A stretch of 62,930 nt of DNA, filler included, from Licmophora abbreviata (GCA_900291995.1; 9 parts of 9 records of this genome joined end to end with filler, not necessarily neighbours in it); one strand, 5' to 3'; positions 52,805 through 62,930 are shown, counted from the whole stretch's first letter. Notes: generated by a model not told the origin, from the letters alone. Numbers and translations are program-made.

Positions 52805-55447
52805 TCAATCTCCACCGAGGCCTGTCGAAGCCTCGATCGGCGGCTCGCACTTCCGAAGCCTCGATCGGCGGCTCGCACTTCCGTTCTCACTCTTGTCATG
52901 GAGCCCAGGGTCTCTAAGCTGTGATTCGCGTGTGCTTCCGGTGCTATCTGGAACCAAAACCAGGTTTGGCATGCTCCCGAGGTGGTCTACGTGGCTCATA
53001 CGCCGAAAAACGACCTCCGGTGCGTCCAATCCCCAGAGCAAGCCACGGTGACCCTGAATGTGAATAAACAGAGTCGGCACGGCAGATAGCACTGAAGCAA
53101 CACCCATGATCGAGAATGCCGCCCGGTAGTCGGATTCTCGAAAGAGAATGGACAATCCCACGCCCCCCACATTTCCACCCGCTCCCACAATGCCAGAAAT
53201 GGAACCAGTCCCCGCTGGATTCACGTAGGGTACGATGGAAAAGGTCGTTCCCTCTGCAGCTTGCACAAAGACAGAGAATACGATCATAACAATGATCGCA
53301 CCACCGAGAGTCTCCGTCTGCGCAAAGACAATAACCATGACTCCTTCCATGGCCAGCATAATCACATGAACCCACAGCCTCCCGCGCATCCCATATTTGG
53401 CATTCGCCATGTCCGACAGGAAGCCGCCCACGCCTCGTGCAAAGAGATTCATCCATCCAAAAATAGAGGCAATGGCAGCCGCACTCTCCGTCGTCAGACC
53501 GAATTCCTCCTTGAAATATAATGCCGCCGCATTGATCATGGTAATTTCGACGCCAAAACAAAAGCCGTACTGGACAAAGAGGACCCACGTATTTCGATCC
53601 TTGAGCCCCGTTTTCAAGACGCTTCGTGCCGATATGGACGGCATCAGCCCCTGACGACTAAGTTTTCGATAGTTTCCCTTGGGACTATCGTCTGCCACGC
53701 GCATGACAATGTAGGCCGTCACTAGGCACAAGAGGGCGGGAAAAACACAGATGGTCCTCCACGAAAGATCTGCCGCACGATCGAAAGACTCATTTGTATC
53801 CTCTTCATTGGGAGAGCTCGACCGGGTCCAGCCAGACCCTCCGTAGATGATCTTGAACAAGGGAAACAGGAGGCTTCCCATGAAGATTTGAGTCACACCG
53901 CCTCCGAGATTGCCCCTGCCGACGACGACAATAGCAACAAGCAAGAAAAACAAGAGAAAAAGAACAAGACAGGCTAGGTTAGTAAAAGAATTGCGCAAGC
54001 AAAGCAAGAACGGCCTACCATTGTGGCCTTGTACATTCACACACACGTACCACCCGGCCACCAGCGCATTCGCCGTCCCCGCAATCTCCTGAGTGAACAT
54101 GGCCTGCGTCCAGTACTGGCAGGTTACAAAGGCACTGCCCGCCACACCAATAAAGAGTCGTATGACATTCAGCCCCATTGCCGTGTTAACCAATCCCACC
54201 AGTCCAGTCGGTATCGCACTCAACACCAAAGTCCCAGTCATGGACCATCGCGCTCCACATATATCATTGACGGGTCCAATAAGTATCCGCGTAGCGGCCG
54301 ATCCGGCAACAGCAAATGTACTGCTTGTCCAAATTTCCTCGTGCGTCAGATCAAGACTGCGTTGCACTTCCGATAGCAATGGTGTCAGAGCAAACCAGGT
54401 GAAGAAGGCCACGAAAAAGGCAATCCATGCCATGTGAAAGGCCCTCATGTGAGGTCGACGAAAGGAGGCAATGTGAATTTCGACGGAACGATCCCGTTGG
54501 GAAGGATCGACAGTACAAGAGTAGGAAGCAAATTTGGAATCCTCCGAGGCGCTGTACGTGTAGATGTGGTGAGGAGTGTCTGATGTTGGGAGATAGGCGT
54601 CACCTTGCTCTGCTACCAAGCGAGGACATGTCTCCTCGTTTTCGTCACCACTTTGCAAGCAGCCCTCTGCCGCATCTGTCTGTACATTCCTATCGTTGTC
54701 CACGTGATTTGTCTCTTGGTGCTGTTGCGCTTCAATGTCCTTGTCTCTCATGTCTTCTTCTTCGTCATCATCATCTATCGCGATCGCCGTTCTAGACTGT
54801 ACTACTTCTGCCACATGGTTCTGCTGCGGTTGAGATCCCGTCAAACTACTCGCATGCGAGAAATCCTCCTCTCCTCCCGAAAGAAGAAGCAGACTTGTCG
54901 GAGGCACCTGAACCGTCGATACAGGAAGTCCAGCCCCCAGAAGGGCAACCGTCGAGGAATGCATGTCCTGTCGACTCCACCGCTGTCGCCTTTCCCACGA
55001 CGAGGGAGTCCAATCTTTTCTTCGTTGATGCGAGTGCTTGTGACGGACGCGAGATGAAATAAGGGCCAAGTGTGCAGCATCGTCGTTGATTATTATTCCT
55101 TGTTCGCGATGATGATCGATATTCTTCGTAGGAGTAGTGATTGGGTGTTGGTCCTGTGGTTGCCCGGGAGTCAAGCACTCGGAGGAGTAAGCAGACGTGC
55201 TTTCATCGCGCTGTCCTGAAGAAGAAGTAGACGAAGAGACTCGCTGTTCACTGTCATGGGAAGAGATATCAGCACCCTCTTCTTCCAGGAGATCTTGTGC
55301 TATTATAGCCTGGGAGGATTCTGCGTCATCGGACGACGATTCCATGACGGCATTCTTGTCTTTGCCTATCCTACCCGTGTTACAAGGCGATGACATCCAC
55401 TCGTCCGTGCCATCCGTCTGGGTCAAATTTGACGTCGTTTCCGTCAT
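52805..55447 (-). CDS. NRT2: High-affinity nitrate transporter NRT2 (MFS) with long N-terminal extension; in-frame 135-nt intron 54050-53916
   Basis: Motifs RPHMRAFHMAW, FVTCQYW, AGTANALVAGW|GNLGGGVTQ, QYGFCFGVEITM, FGWMNLFARGVGG, VQAAEG, GIVGAGGNVGG. Confidence 0.93.
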   Translation of the reverse strand: MTETTSNLTQTDGTDEWMSSPCNTGRIGKDKNAVMESSSDDAESSQAIIAQDLLEEEGADISSHDSEQRVSSSTSSSGQRDESTSAYSSECLTPGQPQDQHPITTPTKNIDHHREQGIIINDDAAHLALISSRVRHKHSHQRRKDWTPSSWERRQRWSRQDMHSSTVALLGAGLPVSTVQVPPTSLLLLSGGEEDFSHASSLTGSQPQQNHVAEVVQSRTAIAIDDDDEEEDMRDKDIEAQQHQETNHVDNDRNVQTDAAEGCLQSGDENEETCPRLVAEQGDAYLPTSDTPHHIYTYSASEDSKFASYSCTVDPSQRDRSVEIHIASFRRPHMRAFHMAWIAFFVAFFTWFALTPLLSEVQRSLDLTHEEIWTSSTFAVAGSAATRILIGPVNDICGARWSMTGTLVLSAIPTGLVGLVNTAMGLNVIRLFIGVAGSAFVTCQYWTQAMFTQEIAGTANALVAGWYVCVNVQGHNGRPFLLCLRNSFTNLACLVLFLLFFLLVAIVVVGRGNLGGGVTQIFMGSLLFPLFKIIYGGSGWTRSSSPNEEDTNESFDRAADLSWRTICVFPALLCLVTAYIVMRVADDSPKGNYRKLSRQGLMPSISARSVLKTGLKDRNTWVLFVQYGFCFGVEITMINAAALYFKEEFGLTTESAAAIASIFGWMNLFARGVGGFLSDMANAKYGMRGRLWVHVIMLAMEGVMVIVFAQTETLGGAIIVMIVFSVFVQAAEGTTFSIVPYVNPAGTGSISGIVGAGGNVGGVGLSILFRESDYRAAFSIMGVASVLSAVPTLFIHIQGHRGLLWGLDAPEVVFRRMSHVDHLGSMPNLVLVPDSTGSTRESQLRDPGLHDKSENGSASRRSRLRKCEPPIEASTGLGGD
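52826..52881 (+). repeat. Exact 28-bp tandem duplication inside the NRT2 3' end
   Basis: CGAAGCCTCGATCGGCGGCTCGCACTTC at 52826-52853 and 52854-52881. Confidence 0.92.
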
Positions 55448-55971
55448 TTTTCTTTCTTCTTGGGACACTTTCAGCGCCTCTACAGTCTTAAAAACGAATG
55501 TGTACGACGAAATGCAACGTAAAGTGCCGTTCGAGCTTCAATGGGGACCTGCCGATGGGCTGTTGTAAACTTACTGGCATTGCATGTATTCGTACCGGCA
55601 TCGATGCGACATGCGACGAATCTGTGTGACTGTGTTCTCTGTTCTCGAGCTTGTTCCGTCTTGCAAGTGCAGCCTGGACAACGTCACTCTGTCTAATCTC
55701 TAGCCCCCTTATTAAAAAAGAGCCTCTTTTACGCTGGGAAGTGTGTCACGGGAACATCTGCAGGGAATAGGCGGGAACCGGGCATCTTACAATTGTGTCA
55801 TTTACAATAAGTGATAGTGTCTCAGTTGTCAGTCTCCCATAATTAAAAGTTGTTTTGATATTCTGACGTGTTGACAATTGTGATGACATGGACCGACGCA
55901 TGACAGAGCACACGCGTGGCACAACATTCTCACCAATAATTTGAAGTTTGCAACGAGTACTCACAGTAGTG

Positions 55972-56071
55972 NNNNNNNNNNNNNNNNNNNNNNNNNNNNN
56001 NNNNNNNNNNNNNNNTTAATTAATTAANNNNNNNNNNNNNNNNNNNNNNNNNNNNNNNNNNNNNNNNNNNN
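55972..56071. other. Artificial scaffold linker
   Basis: N44-TTAATTAATTAA-N44. Confidence 0.98.
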
Positions 56072-56289
56072 ACTGTTGAGGATGGAATGAATACAGTTCG
56101 CTCCAGTGCAATGGGCAGCAGCAAAAACTTCTGCTTGATTCGATTCTAATTGGGTTTGCTGCTTCTACCCGCACAATAGGATCCTCTAGGCTCGTCTGTG
56201 GCCGTGAAAGATTGCCTGTTGTAAGACAATCCTACAATTCCCAACAACGAACACGAAGACGAGACAAGAAAACATACTTCAGAGTGACG

Positions 56290-56949
56290 ATGATGATGCT
56301 GGTCAGCACTGCACTCTTCTTCTCGAGCTTCATCGTGTGCCTTCTCTTTCTTCCAGTGCTAGCTACTTCTTCTTTTGATGCTTCTGTTTGCCCCGGATCG
56401 CCTGTCAGTGTTCACGCCAAGTGTTCCATGACGATTGAATTTCCAAATACATCCTGCGACTTGGTACTGGAGGAGGTCTTGTTGCGACTGCATGGTAGCA
56501 GTGATGGAGCATCCTCGTGGACAGACCCACACAATCACGGGACGTATACCCTGTTGAATCAGAGTAGCAGTCATCACGATGATGGTAGTAGTATTTCAAC
56601 TACTCTGGAAGCATCCCGCACAACGGGAAATGGAAAGTACACCGACTTGATGGGACTGTCCTTTGTGGACAGCAAGGATGTTGTCGAATCAAAAATCACT
56701 CCTGCATCATCAGCATCATTGTCATCATGTATAGTTCAAGCTTGTTCCGAATCGCAAGTGACTTCTATTCTGGACGCTTCCACGAACTATTGTAATTTGC
56801 GCAACTTGTATTCTTGCGAAAGTAATGATGACGAGGACTGCGGGAGTGTCAAGCATTCGTTTCATGCCGATGGTGATTATACGGAAGGCTATGACTCTTG
56901 TTGGCAGCGTGATGTGAGCAAGTGTGTTGTGAAGAGTACAGGAGCGTAA
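56290..56949 (+). CDS. Secreted cysteine-rich hypothetical protein
   Basis: Signal peptide. Segments HAKC..., WTDPHNHGTY, KYTD, CIVQACSESQV, DASTNYCNLRNL. Confidence 0.7.
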   Translation: MMMLVSTALFFSSFIVCLLFLPVLATSSFDASVCPGSPVSVHAKCSMTIEFPNTSCDLVLEEVLLRLHGSSDGASSWTDPHNHGTYTLLNQSSSHHDDGSSISTTLEASRTTGNGKYTDLMGLSFVDSKDVVESKITPASSASLSSCIVQACSESQVTSILDASTNYCNLRNLYSCESNDDEDCGSVKHSFHADGDYTEGYDSCWQRDVSKCVVKSTGA

Positions 56950-57327
56950 GTTGTAAAACCAATGAGCTATCGCACTCAGCAGGATGATCATGATGATGAA
57001 CTTCTAGTAAGAAATCGCGATATGACTCCAAGACGAGGATAACCAGGGTGGCAACCATAGCTTTGCCGTTAACACATAGCGAGATTTACTGCTCTTTCGT
57101 AGTGTCATTGAGCTATTGTAGCATGCTGGGTAGACTAAGCTTCTCTCCCGGTCTCGTTGAACCATGCCGTGAGAGCCCGACGAACGACGAGGAACACACT
57201 CGTGAGTCACGAGTCGCGAGTCGTCGATTTCCGGTGGGTTCCCGTCAATTTCAGATTTCGACCATGGTTTCAGAACATAAAAAACACCTCGCCGTCGCAT
57301 CCGTTGCTGGCACTTTGATAAGTTGCC

Positions 57328-58731
57328 ATGATTGATAGCTCTACTACCACTGCAGGTATTCCTTCCACCATGACAAGCCTTCCTCCTACTGCTGGTGTCT
57401 CTGCGGTGTTACCTGACCCCGCCGATACTACCTTTCTATCGAACATCCTGCGTCGTCCCGTCCAAAGTGTGGAAATCGTCGACATGTCGGGCGACGGAGG
57501 CAATTCCGGGGGAGACCTGCGTCGATTGCTCGTTACTTTCGACAGTGATGATCAAAGACAACCCTATGTCTGGAAACAAACGACTACTTCCACTAGCATG
57601 GCGACGAGTCAGCAAATGGGATTGACGAGAGAAGCCTTCTTTTACAATTCGATGTTCCCTGACACGGACGACACTATTACTACTGCTAGTAGTACTACTT
57701 TTAGTACTACTACCGCCGAGAAACAGAAACTCCAGTCACTGCTTCCAGCCATCTACTATGCGCAAGCAGATCTAACCACCGGAGCCAAGACCATTGTGAT
57801 GCAAGACTTGTTTGCAGCAACAGACAGTATCAACATTCAATCTGGGTATTTGTTTGGTTCGCACTCGCCTCTCAATTGGAACAAGAATCTCCAAGAACTC
57901 ACACGAGAGATTCATTCTGCATCTACTCCATCTTCCATTACCATGCAGCGAGTTGCACAGAGCGCCTTTCGAACGATTGCCGTCCTGCATGCGTCCTTTT
58001 GGAATGACTCTACGAGCTTACGTTTACAACAAGGACATCACGAGTGGCTACGAGCATCGGACTGGATACTGCATCATCAAGGTCGCGACTCGTGGGAGAC
58101 GCTACAAGCGAGATGTGCGACTGCGTGGCAGACTCTCAAACAACAGCAAGTGGGTAGTAGCAGTAGTGGTACTACGACCGCTTCTATTCAATGGGATCCT
58201 CTGGTGGTTTCTTGTTTGAACGCAAGCCTTGAGAAAGCCACGTGGGACACATACCAAGAGGAGCTGCGACATCGTCCATTCACGCTAGTACATGGCGATT
58301 TTCATCCCGGAAATACCGTCACTCGTCTAAATGACAACAGCAGCGACGACGACGAGGACGACGCTTCTCACGAGCTCAGCACCCTTTTGTTTGACTTTGA
58401 AATGGTGGGAGTTGGTTCTGGACCGCAAGATCTCGGACAGTATATGATTTCCCATGTGCCTCCTGCCCAACGAGTAGCAATTGAAGAGTCCCTGGTACGA
58501 GACTATTTCGAGACGCTGTGCAAGTTGAATGGAAGTGTAGGCAATGCCTTTTCGTGGGACGACTGCTGGAAGGAATATGTACACGGAGGATTGGGACGGT
58601 GGTTGTGGTTCTTGCCTGTCTTGTCGGCCTGGTTTCCGGCACCGGCAGTACAATACTTTCACGATCAATTGGCGCACTTTTTGAAAACACACGAAATTAC
58701 TCCTGACACTGTTCCCATGCCACGTGTGTAA
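57328..58731 (+). CDS. Aminoglycoside phosphotransferase / ecdysteroid kinase-like small-molecule kinase
   Basis: Motifs REAFFY, IVMQDL, LHASFW, TLVHGDFHPGN (Brenner motif), LFDFE, GPQDLGQYM. Confidence 0.85.
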   Translation: MIDSSTTTAGIPSTMTSLPPTAGVSAVLPDPADTTFLSNILRRPVQSVEIVDMSGDGGNSGGDLRRLLVTFDSDDQRQPYVWKQTTTSTSMATSQQMGLTREAFFYNSMFPDTDDTITTASSTTFSTTTAEKQKLQSLLPAIYYAQADLTTGAKTIVMQDLFAATDSINIQSGYLFGSHSPLNWNKNLQELTREIHSASTPSSITMQRVAQSAFRTIAVLHASFWNDSTSLRLQQGHHEWLRASDWILHHQGRDSWETLQARCATAWQTLKQQQVGSSSSGTTTASIQWDPLVVSCLNASLEKATWDTYQEELRHRPFTLVHGDFHPGNTVTRLNDNSSDDDEDDASHELSTLLFDFEMVGVGSGPQDLGQYMISHVPPAQRVAIEESLVRDYFETLCKLNGSVGNAFSWDDCWKEYVHGGLGRWLWFLPVLSAWFPAPAVQYFHDQLAHFLKTHEITPDTVPMPRV

Positions 58732-58862
58732 CAAGTTGGTGATACCGGTAGCCGGTATGATACCGTTCCAATATAGAAGGATATCCATATTATAGTGAAG
58801 ATCGAACAGGCATTTGCTCTGGTAGCGCACAAAACGTCGTTTACACCTTGCCAGGGTATATT

Positions 58863-60272
58863 TTATAGATTCTGCTGCGGAGAAGTCGTTTCGACTACGT
58901 TCAAGCAGTCGGGGTATTCAATTCCAAAGTCACGTGCCCAGATCTTGCACTCTTCCCAGAACTGTAGATAGATGATCGTTCTGGTTTCAGGTAAGAGCTC
59001 TCGACCATGTGTAATCTCATAGCCTGTGGTTTCCTTTTTCTCACAACCTGTACTGGCCCCCTTGGCGTCACCGCAGTTGATCATTTTCTTGTAGGCTTCT
59101 TCTGGAAAGTCCGATATGGGTAGATTGGTAAAATTGGCAAGCCGATCGAGCAATCCGCTTGCGATGATATTGTCAGGCTTCATGTCTTCATTTCGAACAA
59201 ACAGTGCATTCTCTCGTCCAACCATGGCGACAAGCTGCGCTGCCTGTTGGACTGTTGCTTTCCGTTTTGCCAATAGCGCGGCTCCCGGAAGTGTGCGAGT
59301 ACCTGAAACGATCAGCTCATGAAAGAGTTCGGGAGACCGGTAAAAATGTTCGACGTTGGCCCAATTGTACTTTCGCTTTCGTTCACCAGGATCGACATCG
59401 AGAGTTGTCTGCATCCAGAAATTCCACGCTCCCCACAACCACTCTGCTGGATCGCGAAAGAGCAGTATATACTTTTTGTTGGTCGGCTTTTGCATGTAGT
59501 ACCAATTTAGTTCCGCATCCCATCCCCAGATACACCCGTTGACCGTCTTCTTGTTCGTCTTGGCGTGTTTAGCATTCATCTCACTGTGAAAGGCATGGAG
59601 CGCTTTCTGAATCACTTGCTGGCTGGGATTAGGAGACTTGTCATTCTTGGGTACAATCTTGTTTGCGCCTTGAAAGCGCTCCATATCTGTACGCGGAGTC
59701 ATACACAACTCTTTCCGATCTCCGCCAAAGGAGACGACCTGGGGATGAGATCCGACCAGATGATACATTTGGGACGTTCCCGCCTTGCCAAATCCCACAA
59801 TATTGAAGTCAGCAATGGATTTGTTGTTCCAATCGGGCGATGGAGCATACTTTGGGTCAATGGGTGTGATGGCCGGATGATGGTCGGTGAAGAGACGCAT
59901 ATTCTTGATGGAGTATTCGTTGTCATTTGCGTTGTCCTTGTGTCGAGCAATTGTTCGATTACGTTCCTCTTGAATAATCCGCTGCATCCAGTCCTGGTGC
60001 TCCTTCCATTGTCGTTGATCTGGTTCATCTTGTTGTGGTGTGACCGAAGACGATGGCGTTGTATAAATACGTGTACCATTGGAAGATGACGATGTGTTGA
60101 AAGTCAGCACAGCAGGAGAGGGAGCAGCAGCAAAGGAACGCCAGCTCGCTTGGGCCATGGAATCTGTCCAGTAGACGTGTACAATGAGAGCAAACAACAA
60201 GAGTCCAAGGAGGGCCGTGTTCCGAGGAGGAAGTGCAGATGATGACGGCGTTTCCGCGCTGTTTCTTGTCAT
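58863..60272 (-). CDS. Type II membrane sulfotransferase
   Basis: N-terminal TM helix. 5'-PSB loop FNIVGFGKAGTSQMY, KE motif, and 3'-PB motif LLFRDPAEWLWGAWNF. Confidence 0.8.
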   Translation of the reverse strand: MTRNSAETPSSSALPPRNTALLGLLLFALIVHVYWTDSMAQASWRSFAAAPSPAVLTFNTSSSSNGTRIYTTPSSSVTPQQDEPDQRQWKEHQDWMQRIIQEERNRTIARHKDNANDNEYSIKNMRLFTDHHPAITPIDPKYAPSPDWNNKSIADFNIVGFGKAGTSQMYHLVGSHPQVVSFGGDRKELCMTPRTDMERFQGANKIVPKNDKSPNPSQQVIQKALHAFHSEMNAKHAKTNKKTVNGCIWGWDAELNWYYMQKPTNKKYILLFRDPAEWLWGAWNFWMQTTLDVDPGERKRKYNWANVEHFYRSPELFHELIVSGTRTLPGAALLAKRKATVQQAAQLVAMVGRENALFVRNEDMKPDNIIASGLLDRLANFTNLPISDFPEEAYKKMINCGDAKGASTGCEKKETTGYEITHGRELLPETRTIIYLQFWEECKIWARDFGIEYPDCLNVVETTSPQQNL

Positions 60273-61374
60273 GCTATGATAGTAGCTGTGATGTAGTATG
60301 AAGGAGGTATGAGCCTATTAGAGACCATAAAGAGTGTCTTTCTCCTCTCGTGCTGACCTTCTTATCCCACAAGAAGCAGCTGCTAACATGCACAGGAGCC
60401 CATGAAGAAGCTTTAGTATATATATCAATTTGCCTCTCGTTCTCGGTGCCCGACGTATAAAAAAAGAAATGACCGCTTGGATGAATGTCTCCGGCTCGAC
60501 TGGCGCGCTCACGGTCACGGCGATGACGTGACGACTCATGACTCGACTACTCAGCGAGAGTTGAGTCGAGTGAGTCATATTTTTCGATCCGGCCCCCTCT
60601 GATGTGGGCAGCGTTTCAAGACATGACAAACGACTCCGAGCTTGTGTCCACAAGTATTCGCAATGGAGTGATGACAGCATAAAATATTCTTATGGGACGG
60701 CTGCCAAATGACCAGAACCTGATTAAGAAGATCCAACTTGTTGCGTAAGCCACGTTTTTAGTCAACGGGCTTTTGTAGTGATATCCGACCACCCTCGCAC
60801 CTCTTTCACCTTTTACATGTCAGAAAACAAGCAGAGAAGAGATAGAAGAAAAAACAAGAGTGTAAAAGCTTCAGAGTAAGGAGAGATAGGCAATCGTGTG
60901 CACCATCACAGATCATTGTTTTTGTCGGAGGCAACTTTTCGAATCGGTGCTCGCTTCGTAGAATCATGCGTAAACGACTACGAGTACGGCTAAATACCTC
61001 GCGTCATGGAAGCCTCCTTCTATGAAATGCATCGTCTCGTTTAGTATCGTACGGAGTATGATACAGGGTACCTGGTACTTGTTTAGTATACGTACTTCTC
61101 CTACACGGTTGCACCCAGGGTTGCAAATTATGAGTTATGAGTTATGGGCATACGGAACCGGTACACCGTATCATACCTGGTACATCTTCCACGTGTCCGC
61201 TGGCTGATCCAGAAGCACTTTGCTGGGTTTGGAGCAAAATCAACGACGCAAGTCTTGAAACGGCAGTCGTCCTAATGGACCTTCCGCGTTTCTAAAACGA
61301 TGGCAATTGTCTACAAGTAGGAGTCAGTTGCAAAGAGCAACGATAGACGATCTAAAACGAAGTCAGAATCGAAG

Positions 61375-61474
61375 NNNNNNNNNNNNNNNNNNNNNNNNNN
61401 NNNNNNNNNNNNNNNNNNTTAATTAATTAANNNNNNNNNNNNNNNNNNNNNNNNNNNNNNNNNNNNNNNNNNNN
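61375..61474. other. Artificial scaffold linker
   Basis: N44-TTAATTAATTAA-N44. Confidence 0.98.
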
Positions 61475-61682
61475 CGGGCTGTTGAAAGATCTTACTCTCA
61501 CAAGGTCGAGGTGGGAACTAAAGAGTTCTGACGACAACGAAGTTTTATCGCGGCTGAACTTGCTGATAGCAATAATCGGACTTTATTTCGAGCAAGGCGG
61601 TGGCTACAGCCCTGTAATGGACGTGGTAGCAGCTTAGGAAAAGGATTGCAGTTCTTCTATTTCATTCTATACATCGCGACGC

Positions 61683-62818
61683 TCAATCACTCCGTAGTCG
61701 TAGTGCCGGAAAGCCGAACAGCAATTGTCGCATCCTGTCCCACTCACTCGAGCACTGCAAGAAAGCGTATGGAATCTGTACAACGAGGCTTATCCAGTAG
61801 CCGACCATCACTTCAGATCCGACGTGAAAATATGCAGTCGTCTTGAAAACTCCCAAAAGTGTGATCGAGTAGAGATACCCCAAAGCAGTCAGCAATAACA
61901 GGGGCAGCTTTCGTATTCTTAGTACCGGAGCCTCCGACATTTGTAGAGATCCATTCATCCAGAACGGAACAATGAACGAGTGGAGTACTTCCATCAGTGG
62001 CAGCGGAAGGATCTGCGCAAAGTACAGCACAATGTGATCTGAAAAGTCAAATTCCAAGCTCTGACACTGCCGATCTTTCAAATACGACAGGTACCAGCAA
62101 GATTCTGCCACAGGTGGAATTAAAATTTCCTCCACTCGGTTTAGAAAGACGTACAGCAACCACCCTCGGAAATTTAGTGTTCCCACGTAGAAGGCAAGTC
62201 GGAGCAGAGTCGTTTGGGACCTTTCTCCCGGCAATAGTGCGAATGCGCGAGCAAGAACCGCAACGACTAGGCGGATGAAAATTGGCAGCAGCGGCAATAG
62301 CCACGCATGTGGAAATGTCGCCAAGTTTCCTGATAGCGGAAGCAGTCGGTGCCTGGGATGGCACATGGGACTGTCGTGGACGAATCCTTCGAGAGCGCAG
62401 CAGACCAAGGCGTCAACATCGTCTGGCGACTCTGAGAAGACATTCACAAACGCTTTGTGACAATGAGACGGCGCCGTGTTGGGATCGACAGGCGTATACT
62501 TTCTGTTGGTAAGAGAGATATGCAAAGTGGCACTGAGCGAGAAGACCGAACGTACGGGTTTCCGGCATTGAAGTAGCTGACCTACCTCTCTCCTCCATTT
62601 ACTACGACGCCACCAGCAATGACCAGGAGTGAGACAATAAAATGAAGAGACCACATTCTCCGCATGAATGGCAAAGAAGCTGTAGGCGGAGTTGTAATGT
62701 TCGTCGACTTGCCGTCGGTCGCGCGTCGCCGAGTCAGAGCATTGAGGGGCATGTTCTCGTCCATTGCGACTTCGTCCGGCTCGCTACTCTCTCTTTTTGA
62801 TTCCACCGGTTCTATCAT
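61683..62818 (-). CDS. Multi-pass membrane protein, FIT/Scs3-like (lipid-phosphate-phosphatase-type His motifs); intron 62585-62503
   Basis: C....FDFSDHIVL and TTAYFH..SE resemble the two His motifs of FITM/Scs3. The intron joins ORFs 62582-62818 and 61683-62654 in frame. Confidence 0.55.
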
Positions 62819-62930
62819 TCGAAACGTTGAGGAAGCGGGTCGAAGTGCTTGGGCGGAGTAAAGCGGCTCCTCGCCATTGCTTTCTCTGCGGCGGGGCAGG
62901 CACTGTCGTCGCGACTTTCAGCTCTTTGTG

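Noticed and set aside
52826..52881. 28-bp direct repeat as a possible CRISPR repeat
   Set aside because: There are only two abutting copies, no spacer and no cas genes, in a eukaryotic context.
53916..54050. Apparent extra TM segment inside the NRT2 signature
   Set aside because: It is a stop-free 135-nt GT-AG intron; removing it restores AGWGNLGGG.
26433..61474. Eight recurring TTAATTAATTAA palindromic elements that look like a dispersed repeat family
   Set aside because: Each is centred in exactly 44+44 Ns and has stops in all six frames. This is an artificial contig linker, and ORFs ending in X...LIN are artefacts of it.

Overview
Eukaryotic, gene-dense genomic DNA, almost certainly from a diatom (probably a raphid pennate). 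Support: short GT-AG introns, bipartite signal-peptide plus F/W plastid presequences, a DUF6824-type gene, bestrophin, NRT2 and fibrillins. The window is nine contigs joined by eight identical artificial 100-nt linkers (44 N + TTAATTAATTAA + 44 N), so adjacency across linkers is uncertain. About 35 genes can be supported. Recognisable ones: cystathionine gamma-synthase-like, bZIP factor, DnaJ-type Zn-finger, plastid UDP-sugar pyrophosphorylase, ABM/LsrG-like, UDP-Gal transporter, KNL1/Spc7-like, two fibrillins, SLC25 carrier, MFS, adenosine kinase, UPF1-like helicase, histidine phosphatase, FolD, bestrophin, COQ6, two GT31-like glycosyltransferases, amidoligase, NRT2, APH/EcKL kinase, sulfotransferase and FIT/Scs3-like. 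No rRNA, tRNA, CRISPR array or transposon was recognised. Best leads: (1) a complete plastid-type presequence on FolD with no AUG, a candidate AUC start; (2) two distant small acidic proteins sharing an IFR...LKR...acidic...SPxKRxR motif; (3) a two-domain glycosyltransferase whose second domain also occurs as a stand-alone paralog, with other glycan-building genes in the window; (4) an in-frame TAA inside an otherwise intact amidoligase; (5) a 28-bp duplication that rewrites the NRT2 tail. Several single-base frameshifts are probably homopolymer sequencing errors. All family assignments come from motif recognition, not database searches.
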